Assembly: GCA_012295275.1 (NCBI GenBank)
Contig: CM022672.1
Location: 8,742,001-8,806,000, forward strand
DNA: 64,000 nucleotides
Direction of reading: 5' to 3'
From: Chrysomallon squamiferum
Taxonomy: Eukaryota > Animalia > Mollusca
Shown: positions 43,875 through 54,099 of the stretch, in pieces
Numbering within the stretch: the first letter of the stretch is position 1
How the letters are laid out: every line of letters starts with the position of its first letter
Position numbers and translations under genes: made by a program
The notes under the pieces: generated by a model
Told to the model about the DNA's origin: nothing
What the model saw: the letters and a program-made list of their open reading frames with translations, nothing else
Database searches by the model: none

Positions 43875-45935
43875 AGAATATACAAATAAAAAAGTAATTT
43901 AATATTACTTCATACAGTTTTTACAACTTCTTAAGATTAAATACGATGATTAGAGGCTGAAACTTACATCTTAATGTCTACAATCAAAAACATATGTTTG
44001 AAAATTCACCAAACTGACTATAATATTATTAAGATTGAAACAAGCAAATAAAAGTGAATTATAAAATGCCATTAGATTCATAAAAAAGATGTCAGTAATA
44101 AACAACAATAACCACTGTTCAGGTTATGTTTAGAAAAAAAAATAAAAATAACTTAAAAATATTTATTAAACATTAAAAAAAATAAAAAAATAAAAAAATG
44201 CAAAAGCAAAAAGGTAAATTATTAATGAACAAAAACCATAATATTCTGCCTACAAATGATATCTCTGGATAATTTGTTAAAATCCAACCTGTAATTTGCT
44301 GTTTAAGTATTTATAGTAAATTACACGTTTATTCTGCTGTAATATTATGAAAATACTATACAGTAAATGAAAAGCCAATCAGTTGTTTAGTGCTTGCTAC
44401 CTGCAAGGCCTGCATCAACTGATAATCAACTTTTTCCAATTATCAGTCCATTAAACGTAACCACTACACATAATAGTCTGCAGACAAGCAAGCTACAGTC
44501 AATAATAATCCAATTTGCTAACAAGAAAAAATTTCCTTCACCAAAAATGGAAAATAATAGTAATAAAACATCAGACACAATGCCATTGTGAATACATCAA
44601 TGCACAGAGATAATTGCATCAAAAATCAGATATATTAACAATAAATATGTGGGGGAAAACTAAGAAACAGATATGACACAAATGTAGGTTAGATATATAA
44701 TTAAAAGAAAAATAAGCCCATACTGTATACCATTTACAAAATGTTTTTGTTTCATATAAATTATATGTACAGATGTTTTTTATTTATAAAGGCTTTAAAA
44801 AAAAATGAATTAATAAAATTGAAAAAAACTAATTTCAGTGTTTTATCATTATTATGCAGAATAAATTGTTTTTATTAATACTTGTAGTCAGTTGTTACTC
44901 TGTAAGATAATGAATAAATATTTATATAATTATCAAATGTCATGCAAATGATATCTCAAAAGATTGGTTTGTTGTTGTTGTTTTTTCTTATAAATACAAT
45001 ACAGAATCATAAATCAATAAATGATAAATCCATTGGAAAAGATGCCTACGTGCAGAGGCTCAATCTTTTCAGTCTATTTGCATTAAGAATATTTGAAAAT
45101 CAAATGATTATTGAAAATGAAGAAAAAAAATGATTTCTTAAAAGTGACAAGACAATAAAATTATATAATACAATTTTATAATCTTTTCTATTATATATTA
45201 ACAGAACGAGACTAAATAGATTTTATGAAATGGTACTTTAACAGAAAATTTAATCCATTTATCTTTTTAATTTTTTGTTTACTTCATATATTCATTATTA
45301 TCAAGATTATGCAAACTATAATAATGAAAAGGGAATGTCTAATATTATTATGATAACAATTATTCCAATAATTAATACCTTCCACTTTAAACATTTAATT
45401 AATGATTTCTTAATGTTAATGTTGCAAGTCATTACCAGTAATATGCATATTTAAAATTAAAAGCAAATTATACAAATATCTGTTTACCTTTATGACCTTG
45501 ATCAGTTTAAAATACTAAACTATAGATACATTTTTGTTATTTACAGAAATAACTAATTTAACTAATATGATTAAAAAAGATAAAATTAAAAAATTAAAAT
45601 TCCAATTTGTATTATAAACAATAAATTACTAATTAAAAATAATAACAGTTTATCATTTACCTGTTATAATGCTGCAACTCATTTACATTTTTAAGCAGTA
45701 GCATTTTTTTAAAACACTGACTTGTCATCATTATATTTAACTATATTTATGTTTTTATCAGTTTATAACATTTTAACTCCAAAATATTTATGCAGTTATC
45801 TATCATACAGATTGGTGTGACTGGAGTCTTTATGATTTATAAAGCTATTTGACTCGACATTGAAAAAAAATGGAATATCAAGAAATCTTTAAAATCTTAT
45901 CAGTTTATCTGAAATGATTGTTACACAAGAGATAC

Positions 45936-45985
<50 letters not shown>
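45936..45985. repeat. (AAT)n microsatellite
   Basis: Direct reading. Confidence 0.9.
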
Positions 45986-45986
<1 letters not shown>

Positions 45987-46373
45987 TCACTTGTATATTT
46001 TGTAAAAATGTATTTTTCTCAAAGGCCTTCGCAGTGGACAAATAAAGCTGACACCTGACATGCATATTTTATGTAATAACAAAAAATGCGGCCGCTTAAA
46101 AATTCGAAGATAAACAAGAATACGTTGTTGCACTTTAGAGTTAAATATTTACGCTATATTACAGTTTATCTCGATTAAGTGCTATTCAGTTACTGTAATT
46201 TACTATATCACTATCAGTATCACTATGACTGTCACAAACGCTGTCACTGTCAGGGTACTAATACTACCATCACTCTCAGAATGTCACTTGTTTATGAATA
46301 AATTATTTCTAACATTTTTATATTAGTAAACTGCCCTGTTTTGGGATTATATTTCAGAGTTTTTTTACTTTAC

Positions 46374-46850
46374 CTCATTGAGAATTAGTTCAAGTTGCAT
46401 GCACGTTGTGGTTACGTTAATCAGTAAGTTTACACAAATAAAACTGTCAAAAAATGCCTTATGCAAATATTATACGGATCAACAAGAGCATTTCGCTTAG
46501 ATACAAATGTTATCAAACTACCAGAAAACAGTCTTCTACAAGTGTTTTGTCTTCCTTTTTACTTATATTTAGACGCCTTTTTTTCTAGAGCATTAGTCTT
46601 TGAGTGTTGTAAAGAATCTTTCCCTTTTTTTAAGAAAAAAGTAAAAAAGAATCTTTCCTTACTCTATTTATTCTTCCTTCTATTTCAGTTTTTAGATATA
46701 CTTCCACAGCTTCTACAGTACATCTTTTTACAATATAGACGTTTAGATACCTTATCTTTCAAAATGGTTGGTGCATCTTTACTGGAGGGATTCGTTAAGG
46801 GAATATCCCTGTTTTTATTTTAAAGCGGAAAAGGTTATCTCTAATATATA
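46374..46850 (-). other. Candidate first exon of an unidentified minus-strand gene (5' end approximate)
   Basis: Donor GAG|GTAAAG at 46374/46373 inside the CpG-containing region; ends with an open MQLELILNE (46400-46374, phase 0). Confidence 0.4.
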
Positions 46851-46992
46851 TCCACGTGTGGTGGTTTGAATTTAGCCATTATTTCAGTAAATATTACCAA
46901 ACAAAATCTACAAATATTAATAGATGACTTTTAGCAGTTATATTTTCAGGAGCAATTCATTTTAAATGCATGCATATCATTATTTAATTATT

Positions 46993-46994
46993 AT

Positions 46995-47051
<57 letters not shown>

Positions 47052-47055
47052 TATA
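46993..47055. repeat. (AT)n microsatellite in the promoter region
   Basis: Direct reading. Confidence 0.9.
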
Positions 47056-47311
47056 ATAATAATATATTGTTAGTATGTTACTCAACTCAATCAGTTAATG
47101 TTAGTGTTAAGCTAATATTATAATAATATTACTTTTTGTTTCAAAAATAATTTCAAATAATTCTTTCGGACGCAATTTCTTCAGAAAGCGACAATTATAT
47201 TATAAAAATATTAATATGCTATCACTGTATCAGTAAAATACTAAATATGTTTTTGAATGTCATAGACTCAGTGATAAAGGTTTATTTTCATATTTTTAAA
47301 GAGATTCAGAA

Positions 47312-47433
47312 ATGGTCTATTTTAATTGTGGAGGTTGTGGTGAGGCCCTGAAAAAGAACCAAGTTGAGAAACATTACTCACCTCAGTGTCGAAACTGCCA
47401 AGTGTCGTGTGCTGACTGTGGCACCGAATTTTG
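47312..47433 (+). CDS. LYAR: LYAR coding exon 1 (zinc finger)
   Basis: ATG at 47312; MVYFNCGGCGEALKKNQVEKHYSPQCRNCQVSCADCGTEF(W); donor tg|gtaaga, phase 2. Confidence 0.95.
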
Positions 47434-47573
47434 GTAAGATGTTTTTTCAGATACTGCAGATTTCTGAATCATTCATTGACTGCAAAATCACCACTGATAA
47501 CAAAATTTTCCTTATAATCTCTACTTGATTCAGATTTTCAAAAAACAGTAAAGTGCCATCTAGACAGTATGTG

Positions 47574-47613
<40 letters not shown>

Positions 47614-48342
47614 GTATTATTTAAAAAAAAAATTATATAATAAAAGGAATTATTTTATTGATCTACCTTAAATGGTAATATACCTCCTACCGACAAAAAG
47701 TAATATTGTGGAGAAACAAATAATGTAAAATTTGAGTTTTACCAGGCCTAGGCCCAAAGATAGGGTCAAAGACATTGAAAAGTATTTAAACATATATAGT
47801 TTTCAAATATATTGAACAAAACTGTTTTTGTTCCATTTTAGACATGCATTTTATCATATAATTATTGGTGAAACATCCCATATAAATAATTATTATCAGC
47901 ATATTATCATTATAACCATAGTTATAGTAACAACACATATCACATACATACCACATGTCACATCAGCTTATAAAGTGTTCATTATTTCTAAGGAATCATC
48001 TGAAAGATTCTTAATTCATTTATGAAATTGGTTCCAGGAATCAAATATTCAGATAAATACCTAAAATTGTTTCATTTTCTTTCTTTTTTCAAAGTATTGT
48101 AATTTATTTAAAAATCAAAATACTTTCTGAAAATATTTAAAAATGAATAACAGTATTTTTCAATTTTGAAAGCTCATTAATTTTACAAATGTATACAAAC
48201 ATTTCAGAAAAATTATTTATATACTTTCAGATACAAATAAAAATGTTACTGACACAGTTTCTGACTTTTACCATCCAGTGAACCTTTGTCTTGTGTATTG
48301 TTTATTTATTCTTTATACAGAGAAACATTTTTCTAATTGTTA

Positions 48343-48391
<49 letters not shown>

Positions 48392-51300
48392 TAATAATAA
48401 TAATATTTTATAAATTTTAAGTTACAATTTTAACATTGTTTTTTCTTCCAGGGGAAATGATTATCAAAAACACATAAAATGCATCAGTGAAGAAGAAAAA
48501 TATTCTGGAAAAAACTATGTTCCCAAAATTAATAAAGGCGAAGCAAAGCAAGAACAGTGGATCCAAGTAATACATAATTATTCAGTAGTTACGAAAAAAA
48601 TGTTTAAATTCATATCTGATCATTTTTCATTCTTCGATATGTGGTTTTGATGGGAAAATAAGAAATTCAATTTGAATCAGATATTAAATTACACAGTACA
48701 GTATACATTCTTCTGACAAGTGTAGAAAGTTTTAATTTGTACTGTAGTGACTTCTCATTGCTTTTCTTGTGTTTCAGCAAGTACAGTATGCCATAGGTAA
48801 ATGCAAATGTAATCCAAAGGTAAAAAAGATACTGGTTAGTCTACTGGATTATCCTAATATTCCTCGAAAGAAAATCAAATTTGAGGTAATCTTGTTTTTG
48901 TGAGTTTTAGTATATCTGTGTGTGTAGATATAGATACAGATATATACATACCTATAAACACACACATACATGCAAAATGAAAAATAAAAAACGAAACTGT
49001 ATTTAACAGATGCAAATAGACTTAAAAAGCAGAGTATGTTTGATTTTTTATTCACTTAGAATACAAGTATAGAACATGCTTTCAACAAGCAAGCTATGTT
49101 TCTTTTTGTCTTTTAAAAAAAATTAAAATGAGAGTAAATTGAAACAAATAATAACTTACTGAGAGAGGATCACAGAACACAGCAACATTCTCACTCGAAT
49201 TGGTGGAATGAAAGTTTAAAGAAAGCACATTTAATTCAAAAGTAGCCATTTTCAAAAACAGCTGGTTTATTCTCTTTTTTTCAGATTTCTGTAAGCCAAA
49301 TAAACAGTTCAGTACCTGTAGTTAAATTAGTTACATTAATACAACATACTAAGATTACTTATACATTTTTCATTTTAGAATTTCCTTGCCAACAGTTTAC
49401 GAATTCATGATAAGTATCTTGTCTCTCAGGTGTGGGATATCCTAATGGTGGAAGCAAAACCAGTAAGCTGTCTTTGTTTTAAATTTTTACATCAAATTGA
49501 AGTTATTGACATTATAGTGTTCTGATTAAAGTAACCATGCTGGTGTAAATATTTCTTTCAAAGATTTTTAACCAAGCTTTTTACAACATTGTTGTCTAAA
49601 CATTGCGTTTCTGATATCACAATGCATGGTTAACAGTTTAACATTATCAAAAAAATGAATAATAAAAAATAATGTTCAAACATTAAAGAATCTGAAAATG
49701 TTATGTAAATATTTGGTAAATTTAAAAAAGTATACATGTTACCTTTTTCTGTGTGTATGGATCATGTATGAGATGTTGTATATTGTTAGAGAGAAAAATA
49801 TGGATAGCATAATTATTAATGTATTAATAAATAAATAAAACACTTTTTTTTTCTTGTTGTCAATTTTCTGTACTTTTTTTTTTTTCCTGAAGGTAAGCAA
49901 CATAGAGCCAGGAATATTGGAAGAAAATGGGAAACAAAAAAATGGCGTTACAAATGATGAAAAAGTTCAAGAAGAAGCAAAGCTTAACAAGAGAGAGAAA
50001 AAAGAGGAGAGGCAGAAAAAGAAGAAAGACAAAAAACACAAGAATGAAATTTCAGAGGAAACCACAGAAAAAAAAAAAAGAAAACAATGTACAGAGACTG
50101 AAGGTGACACAAATGGTGAAGCACACACAAACAGAAAGATGAAAAGGAAAAGGAAACATGTTGATGTTGCCTCTGATGACAGTGAAAAGAAAGAAGAGAA
50201 CAGGCTTGAAGAAGGTAAAATTATAAATTTTTAAAAGTTATTAAATACTGACAGTGATTGTTAGAATCTGATTTGATACATTGTGGATCATTTTCAACTT
50301 GTGATCAGAGCTCTGAATGATAAGGCACTGCAATAAATTATACATCTTGTTGCTCATTCCGTTCTTCGACTTGTTGATTTTTTATTTTAATATTATTCCT
50401 CTGTGTTTCAGATTTTTATTGTGTTAATCAACATTATCAGTGCAAATAGCACTACATAGATACCAGTTTTATTACTATTATTTGTGAGGTAGTATTCAAC
50501 AGGTAAAGCAATACCTTCACTCAGACAAAAAACATCCATTTTGATTTTAAAAAAAAAAATTATTATTATTCTCCACCTTAAAATCTAGATACTCCATTCT
50601 TTTTCCATTTTATGGTTGGAAGTTGTTGTTTTGCAACATTTTCAACCTGATTACCTCCTTATACAAGTTATGTATTTAAAAAGATTGGTTTCTTTAACAA
50701 ATGTGACTCTTACTTGATACCTGACACTTCAGTTACAGTTATTAAAAAATTGCTCATTTTCTGCAAAAGTGGTGGTCAATTATGTAATGATTCCAAATTG
50801 CATATCTCCAAAAGTAAATTTGATGACTGAAATCTTTTGTTTGCATTTTCCCCATCTTTTCTTCTCTTCATTTAGCTAGATAATAAGTGTGGCTAGTATC
50901 CATGAATTTCCTATGCACCAACACATACTGTCATTCTGATTATTAGTAAAAGCTAAAACATTATTATTAAAATTGTTATTGTCTTTGTGCTAGATATTTA
51001 CAGATTTTTTTTTTTATTATTTTTTTTTTTTAAATATAAATGAAAAATAAATGTTTCAAGCTAGCACTAGATTAGCTGATTGTATTGAAGCCAAACAAAG
51101 TGTCATGTTACTAATTCATTTTACTAATTCTATAATATGACATGACTGTTGTATTCTTCAGTGCAGCCTTTTAGAATCCTTTTTTTTTTTTTTTTTTTTT
51201 TTTAATTAACATAGGATAACAGTTTGAATTACAAACTATATTCAAGTTTCTTTTTACAAATTTTCATTTATTTTTTTTTTTTTTTTTTTTTAAAATTGTA

Positions 51301-51893
51301 TTCACCTTTGTAATGTTATTCTTACAAACTGTATTTAACTTTATGACTTTTCTTTTTAAATATTAAAAATAGTTCAAGAATGTGATGAAGAGACAGACCT
51401 CCCAGAGCAGAAAAGAATGAAGTTTAACTGGGAAGATGTTATTACACAAGTACTTCAGAAAAAGGGAGAAATATCTCTTAAGAAATTAAGGAAAAAGGTA
51501 ATAAAATAAAGGCTATGTATAAACGTGGTTGAGAATGATTTAATTTTCTAAAACAGATTTGAGATATTGATACATTGATTGGTTTTATGATATCAAGATA
51601 ATGGTCTAATTTTGTCCTGTTAAGATAACAATAATTTGTCAAATCGTATCATTTATTTTTCCTTCTGTTGTAATGTACAGTCTTATTGAATTAAATTTTG
51701 ATTTCATTTTTTTTTTTATGTTTTAATTAATTATTTTCTTTCTTTTTTTTCTTTAAAGGTGTTGTCAGAATTTTCTGCACAAGGCCATGTTGCAAGTTCA
51801 GAAGAAAAATTGTGGTCAAAATTCAACAAGAAAGTCACAAAAAATCCTTTATTTAAAATAGACAAAGACAAAGTGAAATTTACTACACAATAA
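47312..51893 (+). CDS. LYAR: Cell growth-regulating nucleolar protein LYAR, complete, 7 coding exons, 336 aa
   Basis: Exons 47312-47433, 48452-48566, 48778-48885, 49379-49462, 49893-50214, 51373-51497, 51759-51893. All introns are GT-AG with consistent phases (1011 nt). Translation starts MVYFNCGGCGEALKKNQVEKH...CADCGTEFWGNDYQKHIKCISEEEKY (LYAR-type C2HC fingers), has a Lys/Glu-rich middle and ends KFNWEDVI..ISLKKLRKKVL..FNKKVTKNPLFKIDKDKVKF, matching the LYAR family as I know it. Confidence 0.96.
48452..48566 (+). CDS. LYAR: LYAR coding exon 2
   Basis: ttccag|g GNDYQKHIKCISEEEKYSGKNYVPKINKGEAKQEQWIQ|gtaata. Confidence 0.95.
48778..48885 (+). CDS. LYAR: LYAR coding exon 3
   Basis: tttcag|QVQYAIGKCKCNPKVKKILVSLLDYPNIPRKKIKFE|gtaatc. 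Confidence 0.93.
49379..49462 (+). CDS. LYAR: LYAR coding exon 4
   Basis: ttttag|NFLANSLRIHDKYLVSQVWDILMVEAKP|gtaagc. Confidence 0.92.
49893..50214 (+). CDS. LYAR: LYAR coding exon 5 (Lys/Glu-rich, NLS/NoLS-like)
   Basis: Poly-T tract then cctgaag|VSNIEPGILEENGKQK...KKKKDKKHK...KRKRKH...RLEE g|gtaaaa; overlaps ORF 49854..50234. Confidence 0.9.
51373..51497 (+). CDS. LYAR: LYAR coding exon 6
   Basis: aaatag|tt QECDEETDLPEQKRMKFNWEDVITQVLQKKGEISLKKLRKK|gtaata; the acceptor position is slightly less certain. Confidence 0.88.
51759..51893 (+). CDS. LYAR: LYAR coding exon 7 (terminal)
   Basis: tttaaag|VLSEFSAQGHVASSEEKLWSKFNKKVTKNPLFKIDKDKVKFTTQ*; TAA at 51891-51893. Confidence 0.93.
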   Translation: MLSEFSAQGHVASSEEKLWSKFNKKVTKNPLFKIDKDKVKFTTQ

Positions 51894-52460
51894 TTTTAGT
51901 TTAAATAATAAATTTGTTTTAAATAAATATTGATACACAAGCTAATACAAAATTTACATGCTCTTGTCTATAAGCTTATCGATATAAATAAACAAAAATT
52001 TAGAAAAATCCTTTGTGTTAGGTGGACAAAGTGAAACAAGAGACAATAATTTTAGTTTTATATAATACATTGTGATCCATAGACTATTAAAATATTTACT
52101 ACTTTAATAAAACTATAAGCTTAACAATATAAAATTTAAAAGTCTTCATAAATCCTTTATTTTAGTGAAACATAAGACGCAATAATTTTAGTTTTATATA
52201 ATACATTCTGATCCATATATTAATGAAATATTTACATACTAACTTTTACATAATACATTCTAATCCATATATTAATGAAATATTTACATACTAACTATAA
52301 ACGTAACAATATAAACTATAAAAAAAATCTTGGCAAATCCTTTAATTTAGACAGAAAAAGTGAAACATAAGACACAAACTTTTTTTGTTTTATATCTGAT
52401 ACATAGACTAATAAAATATTTACTACTTTAATAAAACTATTAGCTTTTCAATATAAATAA
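51841..52460 (+). repeat. Degenerate 4-unit tandem repeat (145-185 bp) whose first unit is the LYAR coding end
   Basis: Units start at ~51841, 52005, 52150 and 52335: aaatccttt...agtgaaa...caataattttagttt...tataagctta.caatataaa. Confidence 0.8.
51922..51927 (+). terminator. Candidate LYAR polyadenylation signal AATAAA
   Basis: AATAAA ~30 nt after the stop (another at ~51907). The context is AT-rich, so the match is not specific. Confidence 0.35.
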
Positions 52461-53469
52461 GAAGAAATCTGACCCATCATATCAAAGCAGATGTTAAATC
52501 ACAGCTTGGCTGATTGGAGTGACAAACGATTCAGATTCGCAAGCTTCATTCACCCATGTATAAAAGTTAAAAGTTGGACAAGCATTTTTTTTCAGAAAAT
52601 GAGGAATTGAAATTCTGTAAAACACACTTAGGATTAATATCCATCAATTTTGTCATTGGATCAAAGATACATTTTTCACATATAAACCTATTTTTGACAA
52701 AATACAAATGGAAAATGTTTGTGGTCACTCCAGTATTATTTGCTAACCTCGTCACCTTGGCCATGTGACTTATGACCTGGTTCATTATGACAGGTCACAC
52801 TGGCATTGAAAACAATTTTATTTTTAAAAATCTGATTATATATTCAACTTTAAATAAGTATCCACAAATATACATCGTTAAGACTGACATTTTATCAAGT
52901 ATGTCAAATTTATTTTCTCATGGCACAGCCAGTTTTCCATCATGAATTTCTTTTCTTCATTTTTTTTTTCTTTTTTTAAATTTTCACTTGTTTATGAAGA
53001 AATAAGCTGAGGTATATTTCAGGATGTCAGTATTTACTGTTATTTTCTGTTACTAACGTTAAGATTCCCACTCATCTATATATTTACTTATGTATTTAAA
53101 AGAAAAAAGACAACTAACACAAAAAGCAGAATCCACCATCAAAGTTAATGCCAAATAATAACTGATTTCAATTAATTTTAACAGCTGGTGAATTTTGTAG
53201 AAAAATAGAAGAAACAAATTCAGTTTTACTGAGGATTAAAATTAATGGTATAAAAAACAGCTTTAATTTAATTTAATAAATGACAGTTTTTTTTTACTGA
53301 CCTGATGATTTATATACTGAAAGGAAAAATGTCTATTTTTGTTGATTTAAAATAATTTTCATTATATATGATTAACTGCTAGAATGAGTGAATAACAAAG
53401 TTGTTAAAAATAATTCTTAGGTTAATTACTGAACATGAGGAGTTACTAAAAAAATGTTTTAATCTGTAT

Positions 53470-54099
53470 TTACTGGCTGTCATTCAACAGAGCCAACTTC
53501 CTCTCAAGATCCTGTTGATTGAATTCATTTACAGCAAACGGAGCATTCTTCCACTTCTTGACATTGTCACGATTTCCCATGGAATCTTCAAGGATGAATG
53601 ATTGAATCTTCACAATTGGGAACGCAGCATTTTTGTAGATGACTGATATACCCCAGTCAAAGCCACATTTCTTGCAGAACATTTTCGACTGCTTTTTCAT
53701 ATTATCCAATTGTAACTGGCTTTGGATGTGGTTTATACTCAACATGTTCATCAAAATCTTCACTAAGTACAGCATGATGTGATTTCTCTAGTGTTTTTAT
53801 TTCACTTGACAAACAAGCAAATGCATTGCATCCAAAACATCTGAGTGCAAAATCATCTTCTCTCAGTTGTCTTCCTCTAAACATAAGTGCTTCCAAGCCT
53901 CGCTCTAGCTTGGCTTGCTTCTGTATCTTTTCTATCTCCTGTTTCAACATTTCACCATTCTGTTCTACCTCACTTTGAAGCTTGACAATGGCTCGTTTCA
54001 TGAGCAATTCACGTACAAGATTGAGCTCTTCTTTCTGTGCAGAACCCTTGTCAGGACTTGCTATAACAGCAAACTTGCTGTTTTCGGCCCGAGCTCGAC
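53470..54099 (-). CDS. RLR terminal exon (pincer plus CTD), interrupted by a +1 frameshift near 53705-53715
   Basis: gtgcag|gt RARAENSK...LRCFGC...HPKPVTIG* (stop 53702-53704); homology continues in the +1 frame as [19 protein letters not shown]...KKWKNAPF...NDSQ* (stop 53470-53472). Confidence 0.9.

Larger units (their letters stand above)
46030..47300. promoter_or_regulatory. Probable bidirectional promoter region (LYAR and an unknown minus-strand gene)
   Basis: Local CpG enrichment (e.g. GCGGCCGC 46088-46095, CGs at ~47168-47190) against CpG-poor flanks; E-box CACGTG 46853-46858; GCGGAA at ~46825; minus-strand donor gag|gtaaag at 46374; LYAR ATG at 47312. Confidence 0.55.

Noticed and set aside
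9061-45665. Minus-strand CAG|GTAA motifs (e.g. 9065, 9206, 15823, 40186, 45660) as recursive splice points of a long intron
   Set aside because: Similar motifs occur on the plus strand at comparable frequency by eye, so they are not distinguishable from chance without nascent RNA data.
46461-46823. 120-aa plus-strand ORF in the promoter region
   Set aside because: F/L/K-biased composition, no domain and no splice context; likely chance.
53692-53716. A 25-nt GT...AG stretch (gttacaattggataatatgaaaaag, minus strand) whose removal would restore the RLR frame
   Set aside because: Too short for a normal metazoan spliceosomal intron, has no donor consensus or pyrimidine tract, and would delete residues present in RLR CTDs.
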